A DNA stretch of 63,929 bases, the filler included, from Octopus bimaculoides (Eukaryota): the NCBI RefSeq assembly GCF_001194135.2. It is 3 parts of 3 records of this genome, joined end to end, with 100 filler letters (N's around TTAATTAATTAA, not from the genome) between each part and the next. Parts side by side here need not be neighbours in the genome. Positions count along the whole stretch, not along the records: positions 44,637 to 63,929 come from NC_068992.1; 2 more parts are not named here. One strand, given 5' to 3'. This document shows, piece by piece, positions 51,875-63,929 of the stretch. How positions within the stretch are numbered: position 1 is the first letter of the stretch; every line of letters starts with the position of its first letter. The translations under genes and the position numbers were made by a program. The notes beneath the pieces are model-generated. The model was not told where the DNA came from. It ran no database searches and worked only from the letters and a program-made list of their open reading frames with translations.

Positions 51875-52439
51875 TGTTGTTGTTGTTGTTGTTGTTATTA
51901 TCGGTATTATGACTACTATTATTATTCTTGTTATTATTATTATTATATTTGCAGCGCTTTTAGTTGTTGTTAAACAAGAAAAATACACATAAAAGTCATC
52001 GCTTAATTGCAGTTCCCCTCAGCAGTAGAGGCGGCGGCGGCAGCAGCAAAAAACACTGCATTACTGCCAGAACGAATTAGCGCAGCAATCCTAATAGTAT
52101 TTTGTGGTTAATGTTATCGCTAGCTTTATCAACATCCATCTTTTTATTATTATTATTATTTTTTTGCTCCATATTCTATTTCTTTTTGTTTCATTACAAG
52201 CGTTCGCCTAACTTCCGTTTTTCCCATCGGGAATTCTAGGAAAGACATCTGTGAATACATAAAGTGCCATCTGGTGGCTCATTCCATAAACGTTCGCTGA
52301 TATCTCATGCAAATTATCATAGCCTGAAAAATAATGGATGTTGTCGACTGTTGATGATATTGCTGCCGATAGGAAGGCGTGGCGTCGTGGAATTCGTTAC
52401 GCTGGGATGCAGTTGATAAATTGCTATCACATTAAAGGC

Positions 52440-52467
52440 TTGATTGCTGCTGCCTCTGCTGCTGCTA

Positions 52468-52527
<60 letters not shown>

Positions 52528-53057
52528 AATTACTACTGCTACTACTCTCTCCATATCTTACTAAAAAATTAAGAAGCACTACCAATACTAGAATTACTAC
52601 TACTACTACCACTGCTGCTGCTGTTACTGATGCTGTTGTTACAGCTACTACAACTATTACTGCTGCTGCTACTACTACTACTACTACTCCATAACTTACA
52701 ACAACATCAAGAACAAATACTACCAATACTAGGATTACAAATACTGCTGCTGTTGTTGTTAATACTACTACTACTATTGCTATTGCTACTATTACTGAGG
52801 TTGTGGTGGTGGTGGTGGTGGCGCGGCGGCGGCGGTAGTGGCGCGGCGGCGGCGGTGGTGGTGGTGGTGGTTTCGATGGGGGTGACGATGATGATGATGA
52901 CGATTTTGTTAGCTTTATTCCAGTATTTAGTTTTATTCGTTTCTATATATTCCTGAATTCCGTTCTTGATGTTCCTGCATTCCGTCGGTGATAAAATAAG
53001 CATCTAAAATGACTAGTTTTATTCGTTTTCTTCTTCTTCTTTTTCTTCGTCTTCTTC

Positions 53058-53089
<32 letters not shown>

Positions 53090-53090
53090 C
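52440..53090. repeat. Mosaic of trinucleotide microsatellites (GCT, CTA, GGT, GGC, GAT, TTC, AGT)
   Basis: Direct reading. Confidence 0.9.
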
Positions 53091-53104
53091 CGTTCTTATC
53101 ATTT

Positions 53105-53240
53105 AGGGCTGTGGTCAAATCATTGTAACGTCGTACAAAATACCTTGCTGTATTTGTTCCGGCATTTTATGCTCTCATTTCAAATCCCGTTCAGGTTAAA
53201 TTTGCCGGTCATTCTTTCGTAATAAAACAAAATACCACTC
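53105..53240 (+). mobile_element. Highly degenerate dominant-family SINE
   Basis: TTTCAAATCCCG..CAGGTTAAATTTGCC..TCATTCTTTCG. Confidence 0.5.
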
Positions 53241-55039
53241 AACTGCCCTCATATATTGTACAGATATAATAAATAGTTGTGTTCTTGTTTTTAAAAGAAT
53301 CTGATTTGTGTAAACGATAGGAATCGGAGACAATTTTGCTCTGAATCATTTCAGCTTCGATAAAATTATATTACTTCCGCGTGTATAATGAAACTGTTTC
53401 TCGTCGGAAATAAAACTCGCTCGAGGAATGATCTTATGTCTGCTAATATTTCTACTTTTGAATTAGGTTATATATTCGTGATTAACGAAATTGTTTACTG
53501 TGACGCCCATGTAAGATTATTACAGAAAATCAAGGCAATTACAGGTAAAACGAATCGTCATGACAGGATAGTTCAATCGATTAAAATATTCAGAGCAAAC
53601 TTTTAAGCGTCAGTCTCAATAAATGGCGAACATTTCATTGTATTTCTGGGCAAAATTTAAATTCTACGTATTTAATCTTAAATTTTACATCTAATATTCA
53701 ATCATATGAAATTGATCATTAGAAACTATTTACCTGGGATATACGGGCATTCAGACTTTGTTAACTCAGTCATCTATATTCTTCTCAATCAGATGATGTA
53801 GTAATCCAACGTTCTTTAAAATTGATGCATTGCAATAGCTACATGTTTACAGTCCTTAGGGATAGTGTATTGTTTGGAATTATCTAATATTTTTGTGCAA
53901 CACAGAAAATTCTACGTCGTATATCCCATTTTCTATATTCACAACTGTTTACTCTGTTTTTATTCTAGGGATTTTTCCGAAATTTTAACACCATAAAGAC
54001 AGGTATGTTGATCACTTTGAGTTTTGTTTATATGCTGGCATATTTCATAAAACTGATGGTGCAAAGAGTAATTAGTTAATCAGATTAAAACAGCTCAACC
54101 GGGACTGATATGCTGGAGAAGATGAGCGAATAATGCTATTAACGTCGGGTTATTGTCTTTCTTCTTTCTATAATGTTATTCAATTTAGATGTTACAATTT
54201 TACAACATTAATTATACAGTACTAGACGCAATACATGTGAACCATTTCCAAATCTTTTTTTCGCAGAGTAAAACATGAACACTGATCCACACAGATGACT
54301 GAGTAAAAGTATTTCAGTAAATAATATGTACATGGTTTCATATTATCGTAAGTCAAGATCGACACATTCCGGATATTGAAAATATTTCCTTAACACCGAA
54401 TGATAACTTCCAATTAAGGAACATTAGAATTATTCTCTATGGAAGCAAACGAGAAAGAACCCTTAGCATTAAATTTCGGGCCTCTATGTAGTGAAGAGTT
54501 TCATGGGTTCAATTGCATAGAGAAATAGAGAATACAACATTGTGCATCATAGCCATTTGTCTGAGAGAGAAAGTAAAACTTTAGACTTGAAGATTTAGCG
54601 AAGCATCAAGAATTTATACGGATTTCAGTTGTCACCCTGCCTGACATTATAATCAAGTATTACATATAAATTCTGGTTGTAATACACATTGGAGGCAGCT
54701 GATTGATATTATTCCTTCAAGCTGGAATCATTAGACATCGGTTACATTAATTTGCGGTAGTCGTTCCGGCTTTTTGTGATCTGAGATTAAATCTCGCAGC
54801 GATCAAATTTCCCTTTGGAGACGATCAATCAAGTAACAGTCCTTCATGGGAATCTATTTTTTCTCTTTCTCTAATCTTTTCTTTTTCTCCGTCTTTTTCT
54901 CTCCCTCTGAGAGAAACCGACAGGGTCACCCCTAAACAAGCACTAATTTCACCAGGCTAAGAGAAGCGGTATATTATGAGGACAACCGCATCACCACCCT
55001 ATCAAAGTGTTAAGAATCCGTGACATGGAATGGCATTCT

Positions 55040-55231
55040 ATTCTTTTATTCTTTTACCTGTTCCACTCATTTGACTGCGGTCATGCTGCAGCACCGCCTT
55101 ATAGCGTGTTAGTCGAAGGAATCTACCGCCAAGGACTCATTCTTTGTAAGCCTAGTACTTATTCTATCAATCTCTTTTGCCGAACCGCTAGTTTACGGGG
55201 TCATAAACACATCAGCATCAGTTGTCAAGAG
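55040..55231 (-). mobile_element. 3' half of the CORE-like SINE family
   Basis: Close match to 16040-16184. Cut by a gap. Confidence 0.82.
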
Positions 55232-56292
55232 NNNNNNNNNNNNNNNNNNNNNNNNNNNNNNNNNNNNNNNNNNNNNNNNNNNNNNNNNNNNNNNNNNNNN
55301 NNNNNNNNNNNNNNNNNNNNNNNNNNNNNNNNNNNNNNNNNNNNNNNNNNNNNNNNNNNNNNNNNNNNNNNNNNNNNNNNNNNNNNNNNNNNNNNNNNNN
55401 NNNNNNNNNNNNNNNNNNNNNNNNNNNNNNNNNNNNNNNNNNNNNNNNNNNNNNNNNNNNNNNNNNNNNNNNNNNNNNNNNNNNNNNNNNNNNNNNNNNN
55501 NNNNNNNNNNNNNNNNNNNNNNNNNNNNNNNNNNNNNNNNNNNNNNNNNNNNNNNNNNNNNNNNNNNNNNNNNNNNNNNNNNNNNNNNNNNNNNNNNNNN
55601 NNNNNNNNNNNNNNNNNNNNNNNNNNNNNNNNNNNNNNNNNNNNNNNNNNNNNNNNNNNNNNNNNNNNNNNNNNNNNNNNNNNNNNNNNNNNNNNNNNNN
55701 NNNNNNNNNNNNNNNNNNNNNNNNNNNNNNNNNNNNNNNNNNNNNNNNNNNNNNNNNNNNNNNNNNNNNNNNNNNNNNNNNNTATATATATATATATATA
55801 TATTTATATACAATGATAAGGAACTGATCCATCTTGTCTGTCTTTGACTGAACCATTTCCTGCTTCTAGCCTTAGGGGCCACATAAATTGCTACTTTGTG
55901 GACTCACAACAAAAGGAAGTATTAACACTGTATTCCTAAAACTGATAATTATGGCTTTTGCAACTGGCTACAACTCTTAAATCATTTTCCTTTTTTTGCC
56001 GTGGCTGTTCTCGTACATCAAGGCTGCTGTTGCTGTCTTCACTATGTTCTTGTTTTCTATTTTTGACTGTGCTAAATACTATTTTATTCAGTTTGTATTG
56101 GATAATTTTATTTTAATTCTAAAACTTGATTTTGTGTTTCAGATCTTTTGGTAAAATTGTCTTATTAATGAAATAGTTGCAACTTTAATATCCGCGTATC
56201 TGCATCATTTCAGATTCAATAGCTTACTATTAAGCTCTCCTATAAGCTTTAAGTGTCTCGCGTAGAGAGAGTACGCTAGAGAAAGAACATTT

Positions 56293-56433
56293 AATATTGA
56301 TTTCAAGCTTTAACACAAGGCTAGCAATTTCGGGGAACTGGGTAAGTCGATTATGTCGACACTAAACCGCAACTGGTACTTATTTTATCGAAACCGAAAG
56401 CTGAAAGGCAAAGTCGAACTCGGCGAAATTTGA
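56293..56433 (-). mobile_element. Dominant-family SINE, 5'-truncated
   Basis: CAACTGGTACTTATTTTATCGA...GAAAGGCAAAGTCGAACTCGGCG. Confidence 0.8.
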
Positions 56434-57726
56434 AAGGAGCATTCCATATTGTTCCTTAGAATGTATGGAAGATATCATTTGGAGTTTACACAAGAATCCA
56501 ACACCGTTGCGATACAGCATTAAGTACATTAGAATTAGAAGAACATTTGGATTAGATTCACTGATTTCATTTAACTTGAAGGAAATAATCAGAGTTCTTT
56601 TTCATCACTACGAGCGGCGATGAAAATTTCCTAGCTTTAAGTAAAAGAAAATACAGGAGGATCAGTTATTCATAATTTTATTCAACATATTCCCGTCTCA
56701 GATTCACATATTTATAGCAGCGGTCCTTCAGTTTTTCGAAACACTATAAAAGAACTCAGAAGTTTGGGCCTCTAACCAGGCCTTTCGAGACACCGTTAAA
56801 GCCAGGATCTTTAAACCACCCCTCCTATCAGCAAATATCTACATCTCTTCTGTTCATATCATTTCGTCGCCTTAGTTTACATTGAAATTACATCATATCA
56901 TATATATTATACACATTATATTTAACACTGTCAGCCTATCATCGTTTCTCGGTTTCCTATTATAGATAAATAGAGATATTAGTAATACGTATGTAACCAC
57001 AGTTCATCATAATTTGCCTCAATTAACACACCTTCCCTGCTCTCATTATCTGGTTTCAGAAGAAAGCCTTGTTTCAGAGATGGTTTTTCATGATAAACCT
57101 AACAGATGGGGCATCGTATTTATGAATATATCACACATGTTGATTATACTTCCAAGTAACGAAAGCAATATTGCTACCCCATAAGAGCAACGCCGTTTTA
57201 AATAATATCTCCTAGATACATATTCCTCCCGATTTTAAAAGCTATTTGAAGCAGATTCAATTGCAACATCTAAGCTTTAAGCTTTATCAGTTATTTTTAT
57301 CTCGTTACGGGTTTGAGATTTTTTTTTCATAAGGTTATATAATGTTAAACCTCCTTTGATATTACTTCAATTTTAGAGTTTCATCCGCTCTTGTTTTCCA
57401 TAACGAAATTACGAAGGTAAGGCAAATTGCAATAAGTATCAAAAACAATTTTTTAAAGGTGTGCTTTGAAAACAATCAATTGTTAAACGGTAATAAAACG
57501 TGCGATGTTTTTATGCATCAGAGAAGGGAAGGAGAAATATGTATTCCAGCTTCATAAACATATTTGTTCAGTTTACATTTCGTTAGCCCATCAAAACATC
57601 GTTACTATTCCACGGAAGGTTTACAGCAATCGTTGATCGACTTTCTTCCTTATCGCATACATTGTTGTTAGCTGGGCATGCTATATTTATGAACCTGCAT
57701 AGATTTTTTCTCAATTAAGACTATTA

Positions 57727-57767
<41 letters not shown>

Positions 57768-57815
57768 GTTATTATTATTATTATTATTAATATTATTATT
57801 ATTATTATTATTATT

Positions 57816-58036
57816 AGGGCTATAAGTGAGCAGAATCGTTATCTTATCGGATAAACTGCTTCGCACTATTTCCTCTGGGTGATTGCATACTGAGTTCAAG
57901 GCAGACGAAGCTTAATTTCCCTCTTCACCAATTCGGGGTCGGTAAATTAAAGTACCTGTCAAGTATACGGTCGATGTAATTCGCTAACAGCCCGGTCTCT
58001 AAAATTACTGGCCTTGTTCAAATTTGGAAGCAATTA
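57816..58036 (+). mobile_element. Degenerate dominant-family SINE after a long (ATT)n
   Basis: GAGCAGAATCGTTA..GAGTTCAAG..GGGGTCGGTAAATTAAAGTACC. Confidence 0.7.
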
Positions 58037-58669
58037 ATTTTGACGTTTATTTTTTGTAGGGTACGTCCTATTTGCTTCCAAATTTTTCTTAATTCGTTTT
58101 TGAAAAACATTTATTTAACAAAGTTGTGAAGTTCTGTTAAATTTTGGCACAAGGATATCCATTTCGTTAAGTAAAGACAGAAACTGCCAAATTGTAACCT
58201 AAAGGGCACTGCCTTTGTAATAATTTATTTGCTCTCGTTTGTTTTAATTTTCTCAATTACAGTGTCCTTAATGCTGGTTAGCAGATTGAGCCAAAAGGTA
58301 TGGAGAGAAGTGATCTCTCTCAATACTAACTTCACCAGAGAATTATTTTATTCCCCCATTATGTTATAATACAGAGCGACGAAACGTTCCTGTTAAGAAG
58401 TGAGGCGGACACGTAAATAGCAACAACAACATCAACAACAACAATGACAAAATGTTAGTGGCACCGTTGTAATAGTAGGGCAAACGTCTTTATCACCGTG
58501 AAAACAAAAACAATCAGCATGGATACTGGCGGACACAATAACAGTAAAGCCAGCACAAGCAGACTATGCGCTAAAAACAGCATCAACAGAAGCAAAAACA
58601 AGAACGGCAACAAAATAAACGGTGAGGGCGATTTTACGGCTAGGATATTTTTTTTTCTTTGGCGGGACG

Positions 58670-59350
58670 CTGAACTCAATGCAATACATCTCGATCTCCT
58701 TAAACGACCAGGAGGCATGCGATATACTCATACAAATTGTAAAAGTGAATGGTCGTAGAACCAAATTTGCTATCCCAGCTGATGTTTCTGCAACAACTGG
58801 TTCTCAGACGGCATTGTACAGATGTGCATCGGTAAAAAAAAAAACACCTAGAAGCAGCAACATACACCCAGGTAAAAATATTCGTGAAAGAAATATGGAC
58901 AGATATGAACTATGTGGCCAGAAAAAAACAGTAAGGTACATGAAAATCGAAGCTCTGGCGCTAAAGTACTTCATTGTTCACGTGCCCACCGTTTCTGCTA
59001 AGGGAAAGGAGAATTACCCCTACCTTGGACATCTTGTAGGAGATGAACTGTTTTGCCGTGAACAGCAGTAATATCCTTTTCGTCGTACAACGAACTACAT
59101 CCTATTCAAGATCCTCATCCAGACTAAACGGGAGGGTGTGAAAAGGATTTCACACCTTTCCACTTGTCTGTTGGCGTGCAGCTGCGTGTTGCGGTTAAAG
59201 CTGAAGTCGAAAATGTCAGTTGGTATAGAATGCAACTTGTTTCCTCTCACCAAAACTATACATAAAAGAGTTTACCGCCATTATTGCCGACATCACAGTA
59301 AAGTACTTAGAAAAAAATACCACAAAGCAGCAGCACTAATAACATAGCTA
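58670..59350 (+). mobile_element. Possible Tx1/L1-type ORF1 (gag-like) remnant
   Basis: MQYISI...CDILIQ.VKVNGR, LEAATYTQVKIFVKEIW, HVPTVSAKGKE.YPYLGHL..CRE. Frameshifted; family assignment inferred. Confidence 0.4.
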
Positions 59351-60039
59351 TAACAGCCGCAGCGACACGGGCAACTGCAGCTACGAATTGTTGCAGTAGC
59401 GAATACCAGTAGCAAATGTATGCTCAGAAACATCATTAACCAAACTAATAACAGAACCAAATCCAGCTACGCAAGAATATCTCGGACCTAACGGCTTCTT
59501 TCTTACTTTTCCTATCCCTCCTTCACTCATTCAAACGGCAACATGCACATGGACATATATTGAAACAAACTCCACTATCCCCTGGATTGTATCTTTCAGA
59601 CAGAAAATCTTGTCTTGTGGTATCTAGGGGCAACCATCAAAATCAAAAATACAAAAAACGATATTTTCTAGAGACAAAAACGTTACACACGCTAAACAAA
59701 ACTTACTATCACAACAGCAACATCGAAACCACAACCACACTATACGCAAACAAACATACAAAGATAAATCAATACCTTAGATCCCTACCATCGCGCTCCT
59801 CCAAAACGAAAAAAACAACAACACAGTAACACTTCCAGCTAACAAACAAACATCGTTTAAACACATTCACCTGAAACTTTTTCCTCATAAGGAGCAGTAA
59901 TCAAAAAGCTTTATGAATTATTTAAGGTCAATTCGTTTTGTAAAGTACTCTCGTCTGTTTAGTCGTGTGTGAGCATTGCTCATAAAGGGTATTCAAAAAG
60001 TCTCTCCACAGTAAATTGTTTTCACCCTGCAAATCACAA

Positions 60040-60200
60040 TGGTGCTACTTCAAGAGTTTTTCGGTGAACGGATTTTCGGTGAAGGGACTTCGGCCACCAG
60101 GATCACCTGATTTAACACCGCCAGACATTTTGTTTTCTGGAGAGCAAGAAACGCCTGAAAACCATTAAATACTTACTGCGGCGAGACTTTTTGAACACTT
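60040..60200 (+). mobile_element. Tc1/mariner motif remnant
   Basis: GLRPPGSPDLTPPD (WPPRSPDLTP.D motif). Confidence 0.6.
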
Positions 60201-60767
60201 ATTTTATGTTTAATCAAACTGCACGTATTTCAATTTCATCTATCCAAGCATTGCTATGCTCCGTAACCTCAATGAGATAACTTGCTTCGTTACGTACAAA
60301 GTTTATGCTCTATTGCATATTGATAACTTCTCTGATTTGTAACGATAAATTGTTTATTTAATCGAGTATAATATATTGTTATGAGTACGCAAGCGTATAG
60401 GGAATTATTTGACTTGCAATGCTATGATTTGTTATCTATATTTATCCATTGATGATAGTGTCTCTTATAAGTATTGCTTTTTGCAAGAAATCTGAAGTAT
60501 TTCCATAATCTGTACAGGAATTACTGCTAATTGTTATAAGAACGTTAGCAAGTTGTTGAAAACCGTGACACTCAGCTTCAAGCAAGACAAAATGCTATTG
60601 AATCGTTGAAGTAGGCGAAGTAGTGCAAGTTGAAATCATTTAGAAAATTTGATGATCAAAATTGATAATATTTAAGTTATAACATTGTACTTTATATTCA
60701 CAGTGTCGGCTAATGTTATTACTGGTATTAATACTATTTTCATGATTCTTTTTTATACAATCAACCA

Positions 60768-61424
60768 AAGCATTGAAGTGGTAGAATCATTACCACGTAG
60801 GCAAAAATCGCTTATAGCGTCAATTATTCTGACTTTATGTTCTGAGTTCAAATGCCACGGAGGTAGACATTGCCTTTCATCAATTCGAAGTTGATTAAAT
60901 AAGTACAAGTTGCGTACTGGGGTCGATCTAATCGACTGGCACCCTCCGAAAATCTTCGCGCCTTGTGCCTAGCTTATAAAGAATATTTCTTGTTTTGCAT
61001 TAGGTTATATATTTGTGATTAACGAAATTGTTTGCCGTGAGGCATCGGAATCGGCATGATCGACTTACCCTGTTATCGAAATCGCTGGCCTTGTGCCACT
61101 GTTTGAAACAAATACAAAAATATGTACCAACGAAATCCTGGGACGATCTAATCGACTTCCCTCTAACATCAAATTTGCTGACCTTGCGCAACAATTTGAA
61201 ACATCTGAGGGCGATGGGCTGGCAGACTCGTTAGCACACTGGGGAAAATACTTAGCTATATTTCGTCTGTCTTTATGTTCTGAATTCAAATACCGCCGTA
61301 GTCGATTTTGCCCTTCATGCTTTCGGAGTCGAAAAATTAAGTACCAGTGAAACACTGGTGTCAATGTAATCAATTATCCCCGTTCCCCATATTTCAGGCC
61401 TTGTGCCTACAGTAGAAAGGATTA

Positions 61425-61506
<82 letters not shown>

Positions 61507-61755
61507 AAGGTGTTGTTGTTGTTGCTGTAGCAAGGTGTGAGGCTGGCAGAACTGTTATCACGTCAGACAAAATGCCTCGTGTCAGTTCTCCCGGTGTTTT
61601 ACATTGTACGTTCAAATCCAGCTACGGTCATGTTTGCCTTTCATCATTTTGGCGTCGATAAAATCAGGTATTTGTCGAACTTTAAAGTCAGTGTAATTGA
61701 TTTACTCCTACACACTAAGATTGCTGGCCATCTGCCAAAATTTGAAACAATTATC
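60768..61755 (+). mobile_element. Cluster of dominant-family SINEs (60768-60988, two tail fragments 61040-61200, 61208-61430, 61535-61755)
   Basis: Repeated GAGTTCAAAT/GAATTCAAAT B-box, core and GGCCTTGTGCC tail motifs. Confidence 0.85.
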
Positions 61756-62586
61756 ATCTTATTAAACTGTGGTATCGCTCTCATAAAATAAAGATGTTAA
61801 AGTATATTGATGCTAATTTCAAGGGAATAAGGTAATCTGTTGTGAGAGATATCGCTAATCACTGCTTTACTGAGTAGACCGTGAGGGTAATTCAATGCTC
61901 CTTTATAGATACGTGCTTCTTGATATTGAAGATCTCAAAATTAAAATTGTTAACGATTCGGAAGCGTACTAGATTACAGCGATGCCAAAAGGAACGACGC
62001 TATTGGTAGTGATGATGTTATCCACGACTATAATGATAATGATTAATGGTGTCTTGAACTGTTGTATTCCTCAGATTTAAAAAAAAGTTGACTTTATCAT
62101 CAGTTATCACATGTGTATTGATCCTGAAACATTAAGGATTCTTTAAAAAATAATGGCAAGCTGCAGAGATTCTATGAAAAAAAAATCGATGGGGAAATAA
62201 CAAATGTAAACTTATCGTTAAAAATATACTGTTATGTACATTAAAAATTCAAATTAAATAAATGCTTGGCATCAGTATGGTTATTGCAATGCAATCCATG
62301 TTGCATGTGCATTATTATAATGAAAACACAAACTATATAAACGAAAAAGAAGATAAATATTTGCTAATGGAAGGAAATAATATTCGATTTGCATGTTGAA
62401 TCAATCTACAGTTGCTTAAATAACAGGAAAAAATAAATGAAACGTCAGAAAAAAATAGCAGATGACTAATGAAATGATAAATTTTATTTCTCTAAATCTA
62501 CTGCTTTACAATATGTATTCGAGTTGCAATGTGCGCATACATACATACATACATACATACATATACACATGCATGCATACACGCAT

Positions 62587-62636
<50 letters not shown>

Positions 62637-62826
62637 GTATTAGTACGTATGTATGTGTGAATGTATAGAATGAAATATCAAACACCAAAATTTCATAAAC
62701 TATCATTATTCAATATATAAATAAATATTTTATGTTTGTATACAGAAAATTATGTGAAGCAGGCATTTTTCCCACTTTTGCATGAATGTATTTTTGAAGG
62801 TATATGATGTGCTATGTACACATTTA

Positions 62827-62899
<73 letters not shown>

Positions 62900-63825
62900 C
62901 TATCTCTCTATGTCTCTCTATCTATCTATCTATATATATATATCTATCTATCTATATATATATCTATCCCTCCATCCATCCATCCATCTATCTATCTATC
63001 TATCTATCTTTCTATTTATCTATATATATGATGTTCCATGGCGTTCACGCGTGAGTATGCTTAAATGCCTGTTAAATGCAACATGACGTAAATAAGAGTG
63101 AATGTGACGCTATGTAAATTACTGCGGATACTTATGATAATAGCAATGTTGACGATGATTGAGACGATAATTACAATAACGACAACAATTACGACAACTA
63201 TGACTGTGGCACAATCGTTTACTCACCTCAAATCCCAATAAAAGTATGTACAAATCTCATTTTCTAAGTATTTATTGGACCTGGATATANNNNNNNNNNA
63301 TATATATATATATACATATACAAATGAGTCTCTCTGGTTTTGTGTGTACGTGTGTTGGTGAATGTGTCGCTGGATAGTAACCACAGAGTTTTTCTAATAT
63401 GGCAGTACATAAAAAAATGTTTCAAAGAAAAGGAATTAATTTTATTGCCGTACTAGCAGCTTGTCTTTAATCATTCAACAGCAAGTATAAGAGAAAGAAG
63501 GAAGGAATAGAAACAAGAGAAAATGATGAGTAGTGAAATTTTAAGAGATTATAGGAGAGAGACACAAAGGGATATGTAAATATAATTTGAATGAGAGAGT
63601 TATGAATTATATTTTGACTAACAAGCAAGTCATGATATAAACCAAATATGAAAATGTGTGTATGTGTATTCAAGTGCGCAGAACTTGGTTTGCTTCCATG
63701 TATGCATATATGTACTCTTCTATACAGACACAAGCATACAAACACACATACACACAAATACAAATATGTAACATATATATATATACATATATAAATATAT
63801 ATACATATATATATTCATATATCTA

Positions 63826-63929
<104 letters not shown>

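Noticed and set aside
52800-52880. GC-rich GGC/GGT tract as CpG island or poly-Gly exon
   Set aside because: Part of a trinucleotide mosaic with stops nearby in each frame.
53462-53502. ~40-bp sequence repeated at ~61000-61040
   Set aside because: Too short to interpret; probably a fragment of an old dispersed repeat.

Overview
AT-rich, microsatellite-dense eukaryotic DNA with many N gaps. The SINE families and repeat landscape look like an Octopus (cephalopod) genome; this is an inference from recalled repeat families, not a database result. I find no intact protein-coding gene, tRNA/rRNA gene or CRISPR array. Most ORF-track entries are microsatellite, gap or SINE artefacts. The window is a transposon graveyard: at least three tRNA-derived SINE families (about 25 copies, several in tandem piles), five Tc1/mariner-superfamily fragments plus a sixth short motif remnant, a FLYWCH/MULE remnant, five R4/Dong-like RLE non-LTR fragments, Tx1/L1 fragments, Penelope-like elements (one with a hammerhead ribozyme), a Gypsy integrase scrap, a Helentron-type non-autonomous element and foldback/MITE-like structures. 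The most interesting signals these do not explain are: (1) a ~2.2 kb decayed ORF at 9.5-11.7 kb with the layout of a baculovirus-F/errantivirus-Env-like fusion glycoprotein; (2) a decayed, apparently intronless ankyrin + multi-TM (TRPA-like) sequence at 39-40.5 kb; (3) RLE-LINE copies whose different 5' truncation points all sit in (CATA)n; (4) a Penelope-derived cassette with perfect 26-bp TIRs and a fixed ribozyme/RT junction; (5) a Thr/Ser-rich candidate exon cut by a gap at 44.6 kb. All protein calls come from manual translation across stops and frameshifts and need HMM/BLAST confirmation.
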